Source of the DNA: Eledone cirrhosa
Taxonomy: Eukaryota
DNA length: 64,000 nt
Assembly (NCBI GenBank): GCA_964016885.1
Contig: OZ024741.1
Coordinates: forward strand, 682,001-746,000
Direction of reading: 5' to 3'
In this document: positions 1 through 13,705 of the stretch, one piece after another
Numbering within the stretch: position 1 is the stretch's first letter
Layout: each line of letters starts with the position of its first letter
The notes under the pieces: generated by a model
What the model saw: only the letters and a program-made list of their open reading frames with translations
The model's database searches: none
What the model was told of the DNA's origin: nothing
Translations under genes and position numbers: made by a program

Positions 1-3000
1 ATTGGATTAACCCTGAAGAAGTGTACATATCTATCACAATTGGGTTAACCCTGAAGATTGTACACATCTATCACAATTGGGTTAACCCTGAAGATTGTAC
101 ACATCTATCACAATTGGGTTAACTCTGAAGAAGTGTACACATCTATCACAATTGGGTTAACCCTGAAGATTGTACACATCTATCACAATTGGGTTAACTC
201 TGAAGAAGTGTACACATCTATCACTATTGGGTAACTCTGAAGAAGTGTACACATCTATCACAATTGGGTTAACTCTGAAGAAGTGTACACATCTATCACA
301 ATTGGTTTAACTCTGAAGAAGTGTACACATCTATCACAATTGGTTTAACTCTGAAGAAGTGTACACATCTATCACAATTGGGTTAACTCTGAAGAAGTGT
401 ACACATCTATCACAATTGGGTTAACCCTGAAGAAGTTTACACATCTATCACAATTGGGTTAACTCTGAAGAAGTGTACACATCTATCACAATTGGGTTAA
501 CTCTGAAGAAGTGTACACATCTATCACAATTGGGTTAACTCTGAAGAAGTGTACACATCTATCACAATTGGGTTAACCCTGAAGAAGTGTACACATCTAT
601 CACAATTGGGTTAACTCTGAAGAAGTGTACACATCTATCACAATTGGGTAACCCTGAAGAAGTGTACACATCTATCACAATTGGGTTAACTCTGAAGAAG
701 TGTACACATCTATCACAATTGGCTTAACTCTGAAGAAGTGTACACATCTATCACAATTGGTTTAACCCTGAAGAAGTGTACACATCTATCACAATTGGGT
801 TAACTCTGAAGAAGTGTACACATCTATCACAATTGGGTTAACTCTGAAGAAATGTACACATCTATCACAATTGGGTTAACCCTGAAGAAGTGTACACATC
901 TATCACAATTGGGTTAACTCTGAAGAAGTGTACACATCTATCACAATTGGGTTAACCCTGAAGATTGTACACATCTATCACAATTGGGTTAACCCTGAAG
1001 ATTGTACACATCTATCACAATTGGGTTAACTCTGAAGTGTACACATCTATCACAATTGGGTTAACTCTGAAGTAGTGTACACATCTATCACAATTGGGTT
1101 AACCCTGAATATTGTACACATCTATCACAATTGGGTTAACCCTGAAGATAGTACACATCTATCACAATTGGGTTAACTCTGAAGTGTACACATCTATCCC
1201 AATTGGGTTAACTCTGAAGAAGTGTACACATCTATCACAATTAGGTTAACCCTGAAGATTGTACACATCTATCACAATTGGGTTAACTCTGAAGAAGTGT
1301 ACACATCTATCAAAATTGGGTTAACTCTGAAGAAGTGTACACATCTATCACAATTGGGTTAACCCTGAAGAAGTGTACACATCTATCACAACTGGGTTAA
1401 CTCTGAAGAAGTGTACACATCTATCACAATTGGCTTAACTCTGAAGAAGTGTACACATCTATCACAATTGGGTTAACCCTGAAGAAGTGTACACATCTAT
1501 CACAATTGGGTTAACTCTGAAGAAGTGTACACATCTATCACAATTGGGTTAACTCTGAAGAAGTGTACACATCTATCACAATTGGGTTAACCCTGAAGAA
1601 GTGTACACATCTATCACAATTGGGTTAACTCTGAAGAAGTGTACACATCTATCACAATTGGGTTAACTCTGAAGAAGTGTACACATCTATCACAATTGGG
1701 TTAACTCTGAAGAAGTGTACACATCTATCACAATTGGGTTAACCCTGAAGAAGTGTACACATCTATCACAATTGGGTTAACTCTGAAGAAGTTTACACAT
1801 CTATCACAATTGGGTTAACCCTGAAGAAGTGTACATATCTATCACAATTGGATTAACCCTGAAGAAGTGTACATATCTATCACAATTGGGTTAACCCTGA
1901 AGATTGTACACATCTATCACAATTGGGTTACCCTGAAGATTGTACACATCTATCACAATTGGGTTAACTCTGAAGAAGTGTACACATCTATCACAATTGG
2001 GTTAACCCTGAAGATTGCACACATCTATCACAATTGGGTTAACTCTGAAGTGTACACATCACAATTGGGTTAACTCTGAAGAAGTGTACACATCTATCAC
2101 AATTGGGTTAACCCTGAAGATTGTACACATCTATCACAATTGGGTTAACTCTGAAGAAGTGTACACATCTATCAAAATTGGGTTAACTCTGAAGTGTACA
2201 CATCTATCACAATTGGGTAACCCTGAAGAAGTGTACACATCTATCACAATTGGGTTAACTCTGAAGAAGTGTACACATCTATCACAATTGGGTTAACTCT
2301 GAAGAAGTGTACACATCTATCACAATTGGGTTAACTCTGAAGAAGTGTACACATCTATCACTATTGGGTAACTCTGAAGAAGTGTACACATCTATCACAA
2401 TTGGGTTAACCCTGAAGATTGTACACATCTATCACAATTTGGTTAACCCTGAAGAAGTGTACACATCTATCACAATTGGGTTAACTCTGAAGAAGTGTAC
2501 ACATCTATCACAATTGGCTTAACTCTGAAGAAGTGTACACATCTACCACAATTGGGTTAACCCTGAAGATTGTACACATCTATCACAATTGGGTTAACTC
2601 TGAAGAAGTGTACACATCTATCACTATTGGGTAACTCTGAAGAAGTGTACACATCTATCACAATTGGGTTAACTCTGAAGAAGTGTACACATCTATCACA
2701 ATTGGGTTAACTCTGAAGAAGTGTACACATCTATCACAATTGGGTTAACCCTGAAGATTGTACACATCTATCACAATTGGGTTAACTCTGAAGTGTACAC
2801 ATCTATCACAATTGGGTTAACTCTGAAGAAGTGTACACATCTATCACCATTGGGTTAACTCTGAAGAAGTGTACACTTCTATCACAATTGGGTTAACCCT
2901 GAAGAAGTGTACACATCTATCACAATTGGTTTAACTCTGAAGAAGTGTACACATCTATCACAATTGGTTAACCCTGAAGAAGTGTACATATCTATCACAA

Positions 3001-6000
3001 TTGGATTAACCCTGAAGAAGTGTACATATCTATCACAATTGGGTTAACCCTGAAGATTGTACACATCTATCACAATTGGGTTAACCCTGAAGATTGTACA
3101 CATCTATCACAATTGGGTCAACTCTGAAGAAGTGTACACATCTATCACAATTGGGTTAACCCTGAAGATTGTACACATCTATCACAATTGGGTTAACTCT
3201 GAAGAAGTGTACACATCTATCACTATTGGGTAACTCTGAAGAAGTGTACACATCTATCACAATTGGGTTAACTCTGAAGAAGTGTACACATCTATCACAA
3301 TTGGTTTAACTCTGAAGAAGTGTACACATCTATCACAATTGGGTTAACCCTGAAGAAGTGTACACATCTATCACAATTGGGTTAACCCTGAAGAAGTGTA
3401 CACATCTATCACAATTGGGTTAACTCTGAAGAAGTGTACACATCTATCACAATTGGGTTAACTCTGAAGAAGTGTACACATCTATCACAATTGGGTTAAC
3501 TCTGAAGAAGTGTACACTATCACAATTGGGTTAACCCTGAAGAAGTGTACACATCTATCACAATTGGGTTAACTCTGAAGAAGTGTACACATCTATCACA
3601 ATTGGGTAACCCTGAAGAAGTGTACACATCTATCACAATTGGGTTAACTCTGAAGAAGTGTACACATCTATCACAATTGGCTTAACTCTGAAGAAGTGTA
3701 CACATCTATCACAATTGGTTTAACCCTGAAGAAGTGTACACATCTATCACAATTGGGTAAACTCTGAAGAAGTGTACACATCTATCACAATTGGGTTAAC
3801 TCTGAAGAAATGTACACATCTATCACAATTGGGTTAACCCTGAAGAAGTGTACACATCTATCACAATTGGGTTAACTCTGAAGTGTACACATCTATCACA
3901 ATTGGGTTAACCCTGAAGATTGTACACATCTATCACAATTGGGTTAACCCTGAAGATTGTACATATCTATCACAATTGGGTTAACTCTGAAGTGTACACA
4001 TCTATCACAATTGGGTTAACTCTGAAGAAGTGTACACATCTATCACAATTGGGTTAACCCTGAATATTGTACACATCTATCACAATTGGGTTAACCCTGA
4101 AGATTGTACACATCTATCACAATTGGGTTAACTCTGAAGTGTACACATCTATCACAATTGGGTTAACTCTGAAGAAGTGTACACATCTATCACAATTGGG
4201 TTAACCCTGAAGATTGTACACATCTATCACAATTGGGTTAACTCTGAAGTAGTGTACACATCTATCAAAATTGGGTTAACTCTGAAGAAGTGTACACATC
4301 TATCACAATTGGGTTAACCCTGAAGAAGTGTACACATCTATCACAATTGGGTTAACTCTGAAGAAGTGTACACATCTATCACAATTGGCTTAACTCTGAA
4401 GAAGTGTACACATCTATCACAATTGGGTTAACCCTGAAGAAGTGTACACATCTATCACAATTGGGTTAACTCTGAAGAAGTGTACACATCTATCACAATT
4501 GGGTTAACTCTGAAGAAGTGTACACATCTATCACAATTGGGTTAACCCTGAAGAAGTGTACACATCTATCACAATTGGGTTAACTCTGAAGAAGTGTACA
4601 CATCTATCACAATTGGGTTAACTCTGAAGAAGTGTACACATCTATCACAATTGGGTGAACTCTGAAGTGTACACATCTATCACAATTGGATTAACCCTGA
4701 AGAAGTGTACACATCTATCACAATTGGGTTAACTCTGAAGAAGTTTACACATCTATCACAATTGGGTTAACCCTGAAGAAGTGTACATATCTATCACAAT
4801 TGGATTAACCCTGAAGAAGTGTACATATCTATCACAATTGGGTTAACCCTGAAGATTGTACACATCTATCACAATTGGGTTACCCTGAAGATTGTACACA
4901 TCTATCACAATTGGGTTAACTCTGAAGAAGTGTACACATCTATCACAATTGGGTTAACCCTGAAGATTGCACACATCTATCACAATTGGGTTAACTCTGA
5001 AGTGTACACATCTATCACAATTGGGTTAACTCTGAAGAAGTGTACACATCTATCACAATTGGGTTAACCCTGAAGATTGTACACATCTATCGCAATTGGG
5101 TTAACTCTGAAGAAGTGTACACATCTATCAAAATTGGGTTAACTCTGAAGTGTACACATCTATCACAATTGGGTAACCCTGAAGAAGTGTACACATCTAT
5201 CACAATTGGGTTAACTCTGAAGAAGTGTACACATCTATCACAATTGGGTTAACTCTGAAGAAGTGTACACATCTATCACAATTGGGTTAACTCTGAAGAA
5301 GTGTACACATCTATCACAATTGGGTTAACTCTGAAGAAGTCTACACATCTATCACAATTGGGTTAACCCTGAAGATTGTACACATCTATCACAATTGGGT
5401 TAACCCTGAAGATTGTACACATCTATCACAATTGGGTTAACCCTGAAGAAGTGTACACATCTATCACAATTGGGTTAACTCTGAAGAAGTGTACACATCT
5501 ATCACAATTGGCTTAACCCTGAAGATTGTACACATCTATCACAATTGGGTTGACTCTGAAGAAGTCTACACATCTATCACTATTGGGTAACTCTGAAGAA
5601 GTGTACACATCTATCACAATTGGGTTAACCCTGAAGAAGTGTACACATCTATCACAATTGGGTTAACTCTGAAGAAGTGTACACATCTATCACAATTGGG
5701 TTAACTCTGAAGAAGTGTACACATCTATCACAATTCGGTTAACTCTGAAGAACTGTACACATCTATCACTATTGGGTAACTCTGAAGAAGTGTACACATC
5801 TATCACAATTGGGTTAACTCTGAAGAAGTGTACACATCTATCACAATTGGGTTAACTCTGAAGAAGTGTACACATCTATCACAATTGGGTTAACCCTGAA
5901 GATTGTACACATCTATCACAATTGGGTTAACTCTGAAGTGTACACATCTATCACAATTGGGTTAACTCTGAAGAAGTGTACACATCTATCACAATTGGGT

Positions 6001-9000
6001 TAACTCTGAAGAAGTGTACACATCTATCACCATTAGGTTAACTCTGAAGAAGTGTACACTTCTATCACAATTGGGTTATCTCTGAAGAAGTGTACACATC
6101 TATCACAATTGGGTTAACCCTGAAGAAGTGTACACATCTATCACAATTGTGTTAACCCTGAAGAAGTGTACACATCTATCACAATTGGGTTAACTCTGAA
6201 GAAGTGTACACATCTATCACAATTGGGTTAACTCAGAAGAAGTGTACACATCTATCACAATTGGGTTAACTCTGAAGAAGTGTACACATCTATCACAATT
6301 GGGTTAACCCTGAAGAAGTGTACACATCTATCACAATTGGGTTAACTCTGAAGAAGTGTACACATCTATCACAATTGGGTTAACTCTGAAGAAGTGTACA
6401 CATCTATCACAATTGGGTAACCCTGAAGTGTACATATCTATCACAATTGGGTTAACTCTGAAGAAGTGTACACATCTATCACAATTGGCTTAACTCTGAA
6501 GAAGTGTACACATCTATCACAATTGGGTTAACCCTGAAGAAGTGTACACATCTATCACAATTGGGTTAACTCTGAAGAAGTGTACACATCTATCACAATT
6601 GGGTTAACTCTGAAGAAGTGTACACATCTATCACAATTGGGTTAACCCTGAAGAAGTGTACACATCTATCACAATTGGGTTAACTCTGAAGAAGTGTACA
6701 CATCTATCACAATTGGGTTAACCCTGAAGAAGTGTACACATCTATCACAATTGGGTTAACTCTGAAGAAGTGTACACATCTATCACAATTGGGTTAACCC
6801 TGAAGATTGTACACATCTATCACAATTGGGTTAACCCTGAAGATTGTACACATCTATCACAATTGGGTTAACTCTGAAGTGTACACATCTATCACAATTG
6901 GGTTAACTCTGAAGTAGTGTACACATCTATCACAATTGGGTTAACCCTGAATATTGTACACATCTATCACAATTGGGTTAACCCTGAAGATTGTACACAT
7001 CTATCACAATTGGGTTAACTCTGAAGTGTACACATCTATCACAATTGGGTTAACTCTGAAGAAGTGTACACATCTATCACAATTGGGTTAACCCTGAAGA
7101 TTGTACACATCTATCACAATTGGGTTAACCCTGAAGATTGTACACATCTATAACAATTTGTTTAACTCTGAAGAAGTGTACACATCTATCACAATTGGGT
7201 AACCCTGAAGAAGTGTACACATCTATCACAATTGGGTTAACTCTGAAGAAGTGTACACATCTATCACAATTGGCTTAACTCTGAAGAAGTGTACACATCT
7301 ATCACAATTGGGTTAACCCTGAAGAAGTGTACACATCTAACACAATTGGGTTAACTCTGAAGAAGTGTACACATCTATCACAATTGGGTTAACTCTGAAG
7401 AAGTGTACACATCTATCACAATTGGGTTAACCCTGAAGAAGTGTACACATCTATCACAATTGGGTTAACTCTGAAGAAGTGTACACATCTATCACAATTG
7501 GCTTAACTCTGAAGAAGTGTACACATCTATCACAATTGGGTTAACTCTGAAGAAGTGTACACATCTATCACAATTGGGTTAACTCTGAAGAAGTGTATAC
7601 ATCTATCACAATTGGGTTAACCCTGAAGAAGTGTACATATCTATCACAATTGGATTAACCCTGAAGAAGTGTACATATCTATCACAATTGGGTTACCCTG
7701 AAGATTGTACACATCTATCACAATTGGGTTAACTCTGAAGAAGTGTACACATCTATCACTATTGGGTAACTCTGAAGAAGTGTACACATCTATCACAATT
7801 GGGTTAACTCTGAAGAAGTGTACACATCTATCACAATTGGGTTAACTCTGAAGAAGTGTACACATCTATCACAATTGGGTTAACTCTGAAGAAGTGTACA
7901 CATCTATCACAATTGGGTTAACCCTGAAGAAGTGTACACATCTATCACAATTGGGTTAACTCTGAAGAAGTGTACACATCTATCACAATTGGCTTAACTC
8001 TGAAGAAGTGTACACATCTCTCACAATTGGGGTAACCCTGAAGAAGTGTACAGATCTATCACAATTGGGTTAACTCTGAAGAAGTGTACACATCTATCAC
8101 AATTGGGTTAACCCTGAAGAAGTCTATACATCTATCACAATTGGGTTAACTCTGAAGAAGTGTACACATCTATCACAATTGGGTTAACCCTGAAGAAGTG
8201 TACACATCTATCACAATTGGGTTAACTCTGAAGTGCACACATCTATCACAATTGGGTTAACTCTGAAGAAGTGTACACGTCTATCACAATTGGGTTAACC
8301 CTGAAGATTGTACACATCTATCACAATTGGGTTAACCCTGAAGATTGTACACATCTATCACAATTGGGTTAACCCTGAAGATTGTACACATCTATCACAA
8401 TTGGGTTAACTCTGAAGTGTACACATCTATCACAATTGGGTTAACTCTGAAGAAGTGTACACATCTATCACAATTGGGTTAACTCTGAAGAAGTGTACAC
8501 ATCTATCACAATTGGGTTAACTCTGAAGAAGTGTACACATCTATCACAATTGGGTTAACTCTGAAGATGTGTACACATCTATCACAATTGGGTTAACCCT
8601 GAAGAAGTGTACACATCTATCACAATTGGGTTAACTCTGAAGAAGTGTACACATCTATCACAATTGGCTTAACTCTGAAGAAGTGTACACATCTCTCACA
8701 ATTGGGGTAACCCTGAAGAAGTGTACACATCTATCACAATTGGGTTAACTCTGAAGAAGTGTACACATCTATCACAATTGGGTTAACCCTGAAGAAGTCT
8801 ATACATCTATCACAATTGGGTTAACTCTGAAGAAGTGTGCACATCTATCACAATTGGGTTAACTCTGAAGAAGTGTACACATCTATCACAATTGGGTTAA
8901 CCCTGAAGAAGTGTACACATCTATCACAATTGGGTTAACTCTGAAGTGTACACATCTATCACAATTGGGTTAACTCTGAAGAAGTGTACACATCTATCAC

Positions 9001-11045
9001 AATTGGGTTAACTCTGAAGAAGTGTACACATCTATCACAATTGGGTTAACTCTGAAGATGTGTACACATCTATCACAATTGGGTTAACCCTGAAGAAGTG
9101 TACACATCTATCACAATTGGGTTAACTCTGAAGAAGTGTACACATCTATCACAATTGGCTTAACTCTGAAGAAGTGTACACATCTCTCACAATTGGGGTA
9201 ACCCTGAAGAAGTGTACACATCTATCACAATTGGGTTAACTCTGAAGAAGTGTACACATCTATCACAATTGGGTTAACCCTGAAGAAGTCTATACATCTA
9301 TCACAATTGGGTTAACTCTGAAGAAGTGTGCACATCTATCACAATTGGGTTAAGTCTGAAGAAGTGTACACATCTATCACAATTGGGTTAACCCTGAAGA
9401 TTGTACACATCTATCACAATTGGGTTAACCCTGAAGATTGTACACATCTATAACAATTTGGTTAACTCTGAAGAAGTGTACACATCTATCACAATTGGGT
9501 AACCCTGAAGAAGTGTACACATCTATCACAATTGGGTTAACTCTGAAGAAGTGTACACATCTATCACAATTGGCTTAACTCTGAAGAAGTTTACACATCT
9601 ATCACAATTGGGTTAACCCTGAAGAAGTGTACACATCTATCACAATTGGGTTAACTCTGAAGAAGTGTACACATCTATCACAATTGGGTTAACTCTGAAG
9701 AAGTGTACACATCTATCACAATTGGGTTAACCCTGAAGAAGTGTACACATCTATCACAATTGGGTTAACTCTGAAGAAGTGTACACATCTATCACAATTG
9801 GCTTAACTCTGAAGAAGTGTACACATCTATCACAATTGGGTTAACTCTGAAGAAGTGTACACATCTATCACAATTGGGTTAACTCTGAAGAAGTGTACAC
9901 ATCTATCACAATTGGGTTAACCCTGAAGAAGTGTACATATCTATCACAATTGGATTAACCCTGAAGAAGTGTACATATCTATCACAATTGGGTTACCCTG
10001 AAGATTGTACACATCTATCACAATTGGGTTAATTCTGAAGAAGTGTACACATCTATCACAATTGGGTTAACCCTGAAGATTGTACACATCTATCACAATT
10101 GGGTTAACTCTGAAGAAGTGTACACATCTATCACTATTGGGTAACTCTGAAGAAGTGTACACCTCTATCACAATTGGGTTAACTCTGAAGAAGTGTACAC
10201 ATCTATCACAATTGGGTTAACTCTGAAGAAGTGTACACATCTATCACAATTGGGTTAACTCTGAAGAAGTGTACACATCTATCACAATTGGGTTAACCCT
10301 GAAGAAGTGTACACATCTATCACAATTGGGTTAACTCTGAAGAAGTGTACACATCTATCACAATTGGCTTAACTCTGAAGAAGTGTACACATCTCTCACA
10401 ATTGGGGTAACCCTGAAGAAGTGTACACATCTATCACAATTGGGTTAACTCTGAAGAAGTGTACACATCTATCACAATTGGGTTAACTCTGAAGAAGTGT
10501 ACACATCTATCACAATTGGGTTAACTCTGAAGAAGTGTACACATCTATCACAATTGGGTTAACCCTGAAGTGTACACATCTATCACAATTGGGTTAACTC
10601 TGAAGAAGTGTACACATCTATCACAATTGGCTTAACTCTGAAGAAGTGTACACATCTCTCACAATTGGGGTAACCCTGAAGAAGTGTACACATCTATCAC
10701 AATTGGGTTAACTCTGAAGAAGTGTACACATCTATCACAATTGGGTTAACCCTGAAGAAGTCTATACATCTATCACAATTGGGTTAACTCTGAAGAAGTG
10801 TACACATCTATCACAATTGGGTTAACTCTGAAGAAGTGTACACATCTATCACAATTGGGTTAACTCTGAAGAAGTGTACACATCTATCACAATTGGGTTA
10901 ACCCTGAAGAAGTGTACACATCTATCACAATTGGGTTAACTCTGAAGAAGTGTACACATCTATCACAATTGGGTTAACCCTGAAGAAGTGTACACATCTA
11001 TCACAATTGGGTTAACCCTGAAGATTGTACACATCTATCACAATT
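1..11045. repeat. Tandem satellite, 38-bp monomer ATTGGGTTAAC(T/C)CTGAAGAAGTGTACACATCTATCACA, roughly 290 copies, open at the left window edge
   Basis: Uninterrupted head-to-tail monomers with 37-bp (GAAGATTGTAC; GGGTAAC) and 35-bp (GAAGTGTAC) variants; abrupt end at ...ATCACAATT|TCTTTCG. Confidence 0.99.
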
Positions 11046-11280
11046 TCTTTCGTTGTAGCTACAGAAGGAATCAAAATTATAAATCGCATTTCTCTTGAAG
11101 TTGCAAACTTAATATTGATTTATCTAATTGTTATAAAATGGCAAAAGAATCCCTCATTTGGCAATATGAACAGAATGAAGCTATACTAGGAAGAAATACA
11201 TCCAGAGCTAAATCACTTCTCAGCCAAACAATTACACCATCAAGCAACGTTTGTTGACTGAATAAATAACATGAACATTA

Positions 11281-11556
11281 TTCCACTGCAAAGTGGTTGT
11301 GGAGGTGCCACGGCAAAAAAGCACCCAGCCCACACTGTAAAGTGGACGTGTAGACGCCATGGAAAAAAGCACCCAGCACTCACTGTAAATGAGGTTGGTG
11401 TTAGGAAGGGCATCCAGCTGTAGAAATCAAGCCAGAATCAGTTCCCGTATGAGCAAGGCATGGTCAGCCGACCGAACACTGCCTACAACAGGACAACCCG
11501 TCTAACCCATGCTAGTGTGGAAGAACGGACATAAAACAGTGATGATGATGGTGATT
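11281..11556 (+). mobile_element. 5'-truncated 3' UTR/tail of an RTE-family LINE ending in (GAT)n
   Basis: Near-identical to 47015-47285 (minus strand), where the same module follows an RTE ORF C-terminus. Confidence 0.8.
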
Positions 11557-12057
11557 ATTCATTGTAAGTCCCCCAGATCGAACATGCAATCAACATGTGC
11601 TACATGTCACCATGCTACTAGACTTTCCAGTAGCCAGACTGAACATCTACAAATGACAGCAATACACAAACAGTTCCTTGAAACAACTATGCTGGTAAGA
11701 AATTTGACATCACATGTATCAACTGATTTTATCTCGACTGCTATGGAAAACACTGTCAATAATAATACATTTGCCATTAGCTGGGAAAATCAAGAGTATA
11801 AACAATTGAAATATATCCTCAGTGAAACTTTCCAGAGAGAAATTAATTCATGTATAAATATTTCTCTCGTGGAATGATATAGAACAATAATACTAAACAA
11901 AATGAAACCAGATAACTGTGTGCTATTGATGAAATTGGGGGTGAATATTTATAATGAATTTGGCAAATCGACGTTTGTTTATATACCCTGGCAACGACAG
12001 TAAAACATTATGTTGGTGATAACAGATGTTAACAAAAACAAAACACCACATAAAATG

Positions 12058-12243
12058 CTATTGGTAGTATCAGTAGAGTGTCAGACATCATGCTTTGCAG
12101 CATAGAGTTACGGCCCTTTTCGTTCTGAGTTCAAATGCCGCCGAGGTTAACTTTGCCTTACATCCTTACGAGGTCGATAAAATAAACTACCAGTAATGCA
12201 CGGAGGTAATTGCTGGCTTTGTGCCAAAAGTAGAAATAATTAT
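12058..12243 (+). mobile_element. tRNA-derived SINE (family A)
   Basis: B box GAGTTCAAATGC; central GCCTT(T/A)CATCCTTACG(G/A)GGTCGATAAAATAAA resembling the MetaSINE-type domain; homologous to copies at 17607 and 52742. Confidence 0.8.
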
Positions 12244-13705
12244 GTGAATATATAAGAAAAATAGAAAAAAAGATTCCTGACCTAAAGGAAAAATGTGACA
12301 ATGCTCCTTACATGCAAACAAAAACATAAAAAACTACACTTCTCACCAACAAAGTGTGAAAAATAAAATAGAAATTATATTTGGGGACAATACAAACAGA
12401 ACTGTTCAATACAAGATGATCAGCCTCAAACAAGAGTTGAGAACTGTCAGTGAGAAACTGCCATACCAGATGAGGGTGGCTGAAAGAAAAATAATTAAAA
12501 GATTCAGTCAAAACTAAACATCAGTCTATAGAAATATGAAGGGCAAAGTAATAAATGTCACAGATTCCTTCTAGAAAAAAAATATGGGGTGAGGAAAAGA
12601 AGTTCAACCAAGATGCAGTGTGGCTTAAAGTGATCCAAAAGAATTACTGCCCCTACATTACAACAAAAACATACAGAATAAATGATGATACTCTTGAGAC
12701 TGTGATAGGAAAACTCCAAGATAAGAAAACGCTAGAGAGAGACTTGATTGTCGGCTACTGGTACAAAAAACTGACATTCTATCGGATGTATCTTAACCTC
12801 TATAAGCAAGCTTTCAAGGAAGATGCACATATACCAGTTGACATTAGCATAAACAATATTGGTTCCCAAGAACAAAGACATCTACTTGGCAAAAACCTAC
12901 CAACCCATTGCATACCAGAACCTGATGTATAAAATATATACAGCCTGCCTGAACCTATTTCTCCAAGATCACTGCAACAGTAATAACATCATCATAGATG
13001 AGCAAGCAGCTGGGAAGAAAGGGGTTTGGGGGTGTGCTGAGCAACTCCTAATTAACAAAACTGCGATGTCAGAGGTATGGCAATATGGAATGAATATGGT
13101 TACAGTCTAGCTGGACTACAGGAAAGCATTTGATTCTGTTCCCCACTCTTGGATGATAGAGGCCCTCTGACTTGCTAAAGTCCCAGACACTATTATCAGA
13201 GCTATAGAGAACATATCTTATTGTTGGGCTACTATCCTAAATTTAAAAACAGAGAAGTAGGTCTCTATTTACACTGATAAAATAGAATATCACAGGGGTA
13301 TATTTCAGGGAGACAGTCTCTCTGCTACTATTTATTGTCATTAAACCCCTTGTCCTTTCTGCTCAAGAAATGTGAAGGACACATAACTGGCTCACAGGAG
13401 GACAGGAATTCAAACCTAACTTATGTCTGCTTTGTGGATGACCTGAAACTATGTCAAGAACATAAATGGGATGAAGAAAAATATTGACCTGGTTACAACA
13501 TTCTTGAAAGATATAGGAATGGCCAGGATAAATGTTCATATTGTAAAGTGGGGAAAAACTACAAGCCAATCTAGCAACATTTTTATCAATGATCTAACTG
13601 TTTCATCAATATCTAATGAGGACTGTTACAGATACCTGGGGATAGATGAGAATATATCCTATGATGTTATTTGCAACAAGGAATGCATGACCAGGGAATA
13701 TCAAA

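Larger units (their letters stand above)
11060..13705 (+). mobile_element. Degenerate R4/Dong-clade non-LTR retrotransposon (RT region 12555-13700), interrupted by younger insertions
   Basis: Fragmented frames give EQAAGKKGVWGCAEQLLINK, WLDYRKAFDSVPHSW (W mutated to stop), RGIFQGDSLS, FVDDLKL and YRYLGIDE, typical of R4-type RT. Left boundary is uncertain. Confidence 0.8.

Noticed and set aside
42-51. GGGTTA/TAACCC as a head-to-head telomere fusion relic
   Set aside because: Only one overlapping hexamer each way; adequately explained as a short palindrome.
1867-5252. ORFs within the satellite
   Set aside because: Chance open frames produced by 35/37-bp monomer variants.
1-11045. CRISPR array (repeat length 35-38 bp, palindromic)
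   Set aside because: No unique spacers, no cas genes, eukaryotic context.
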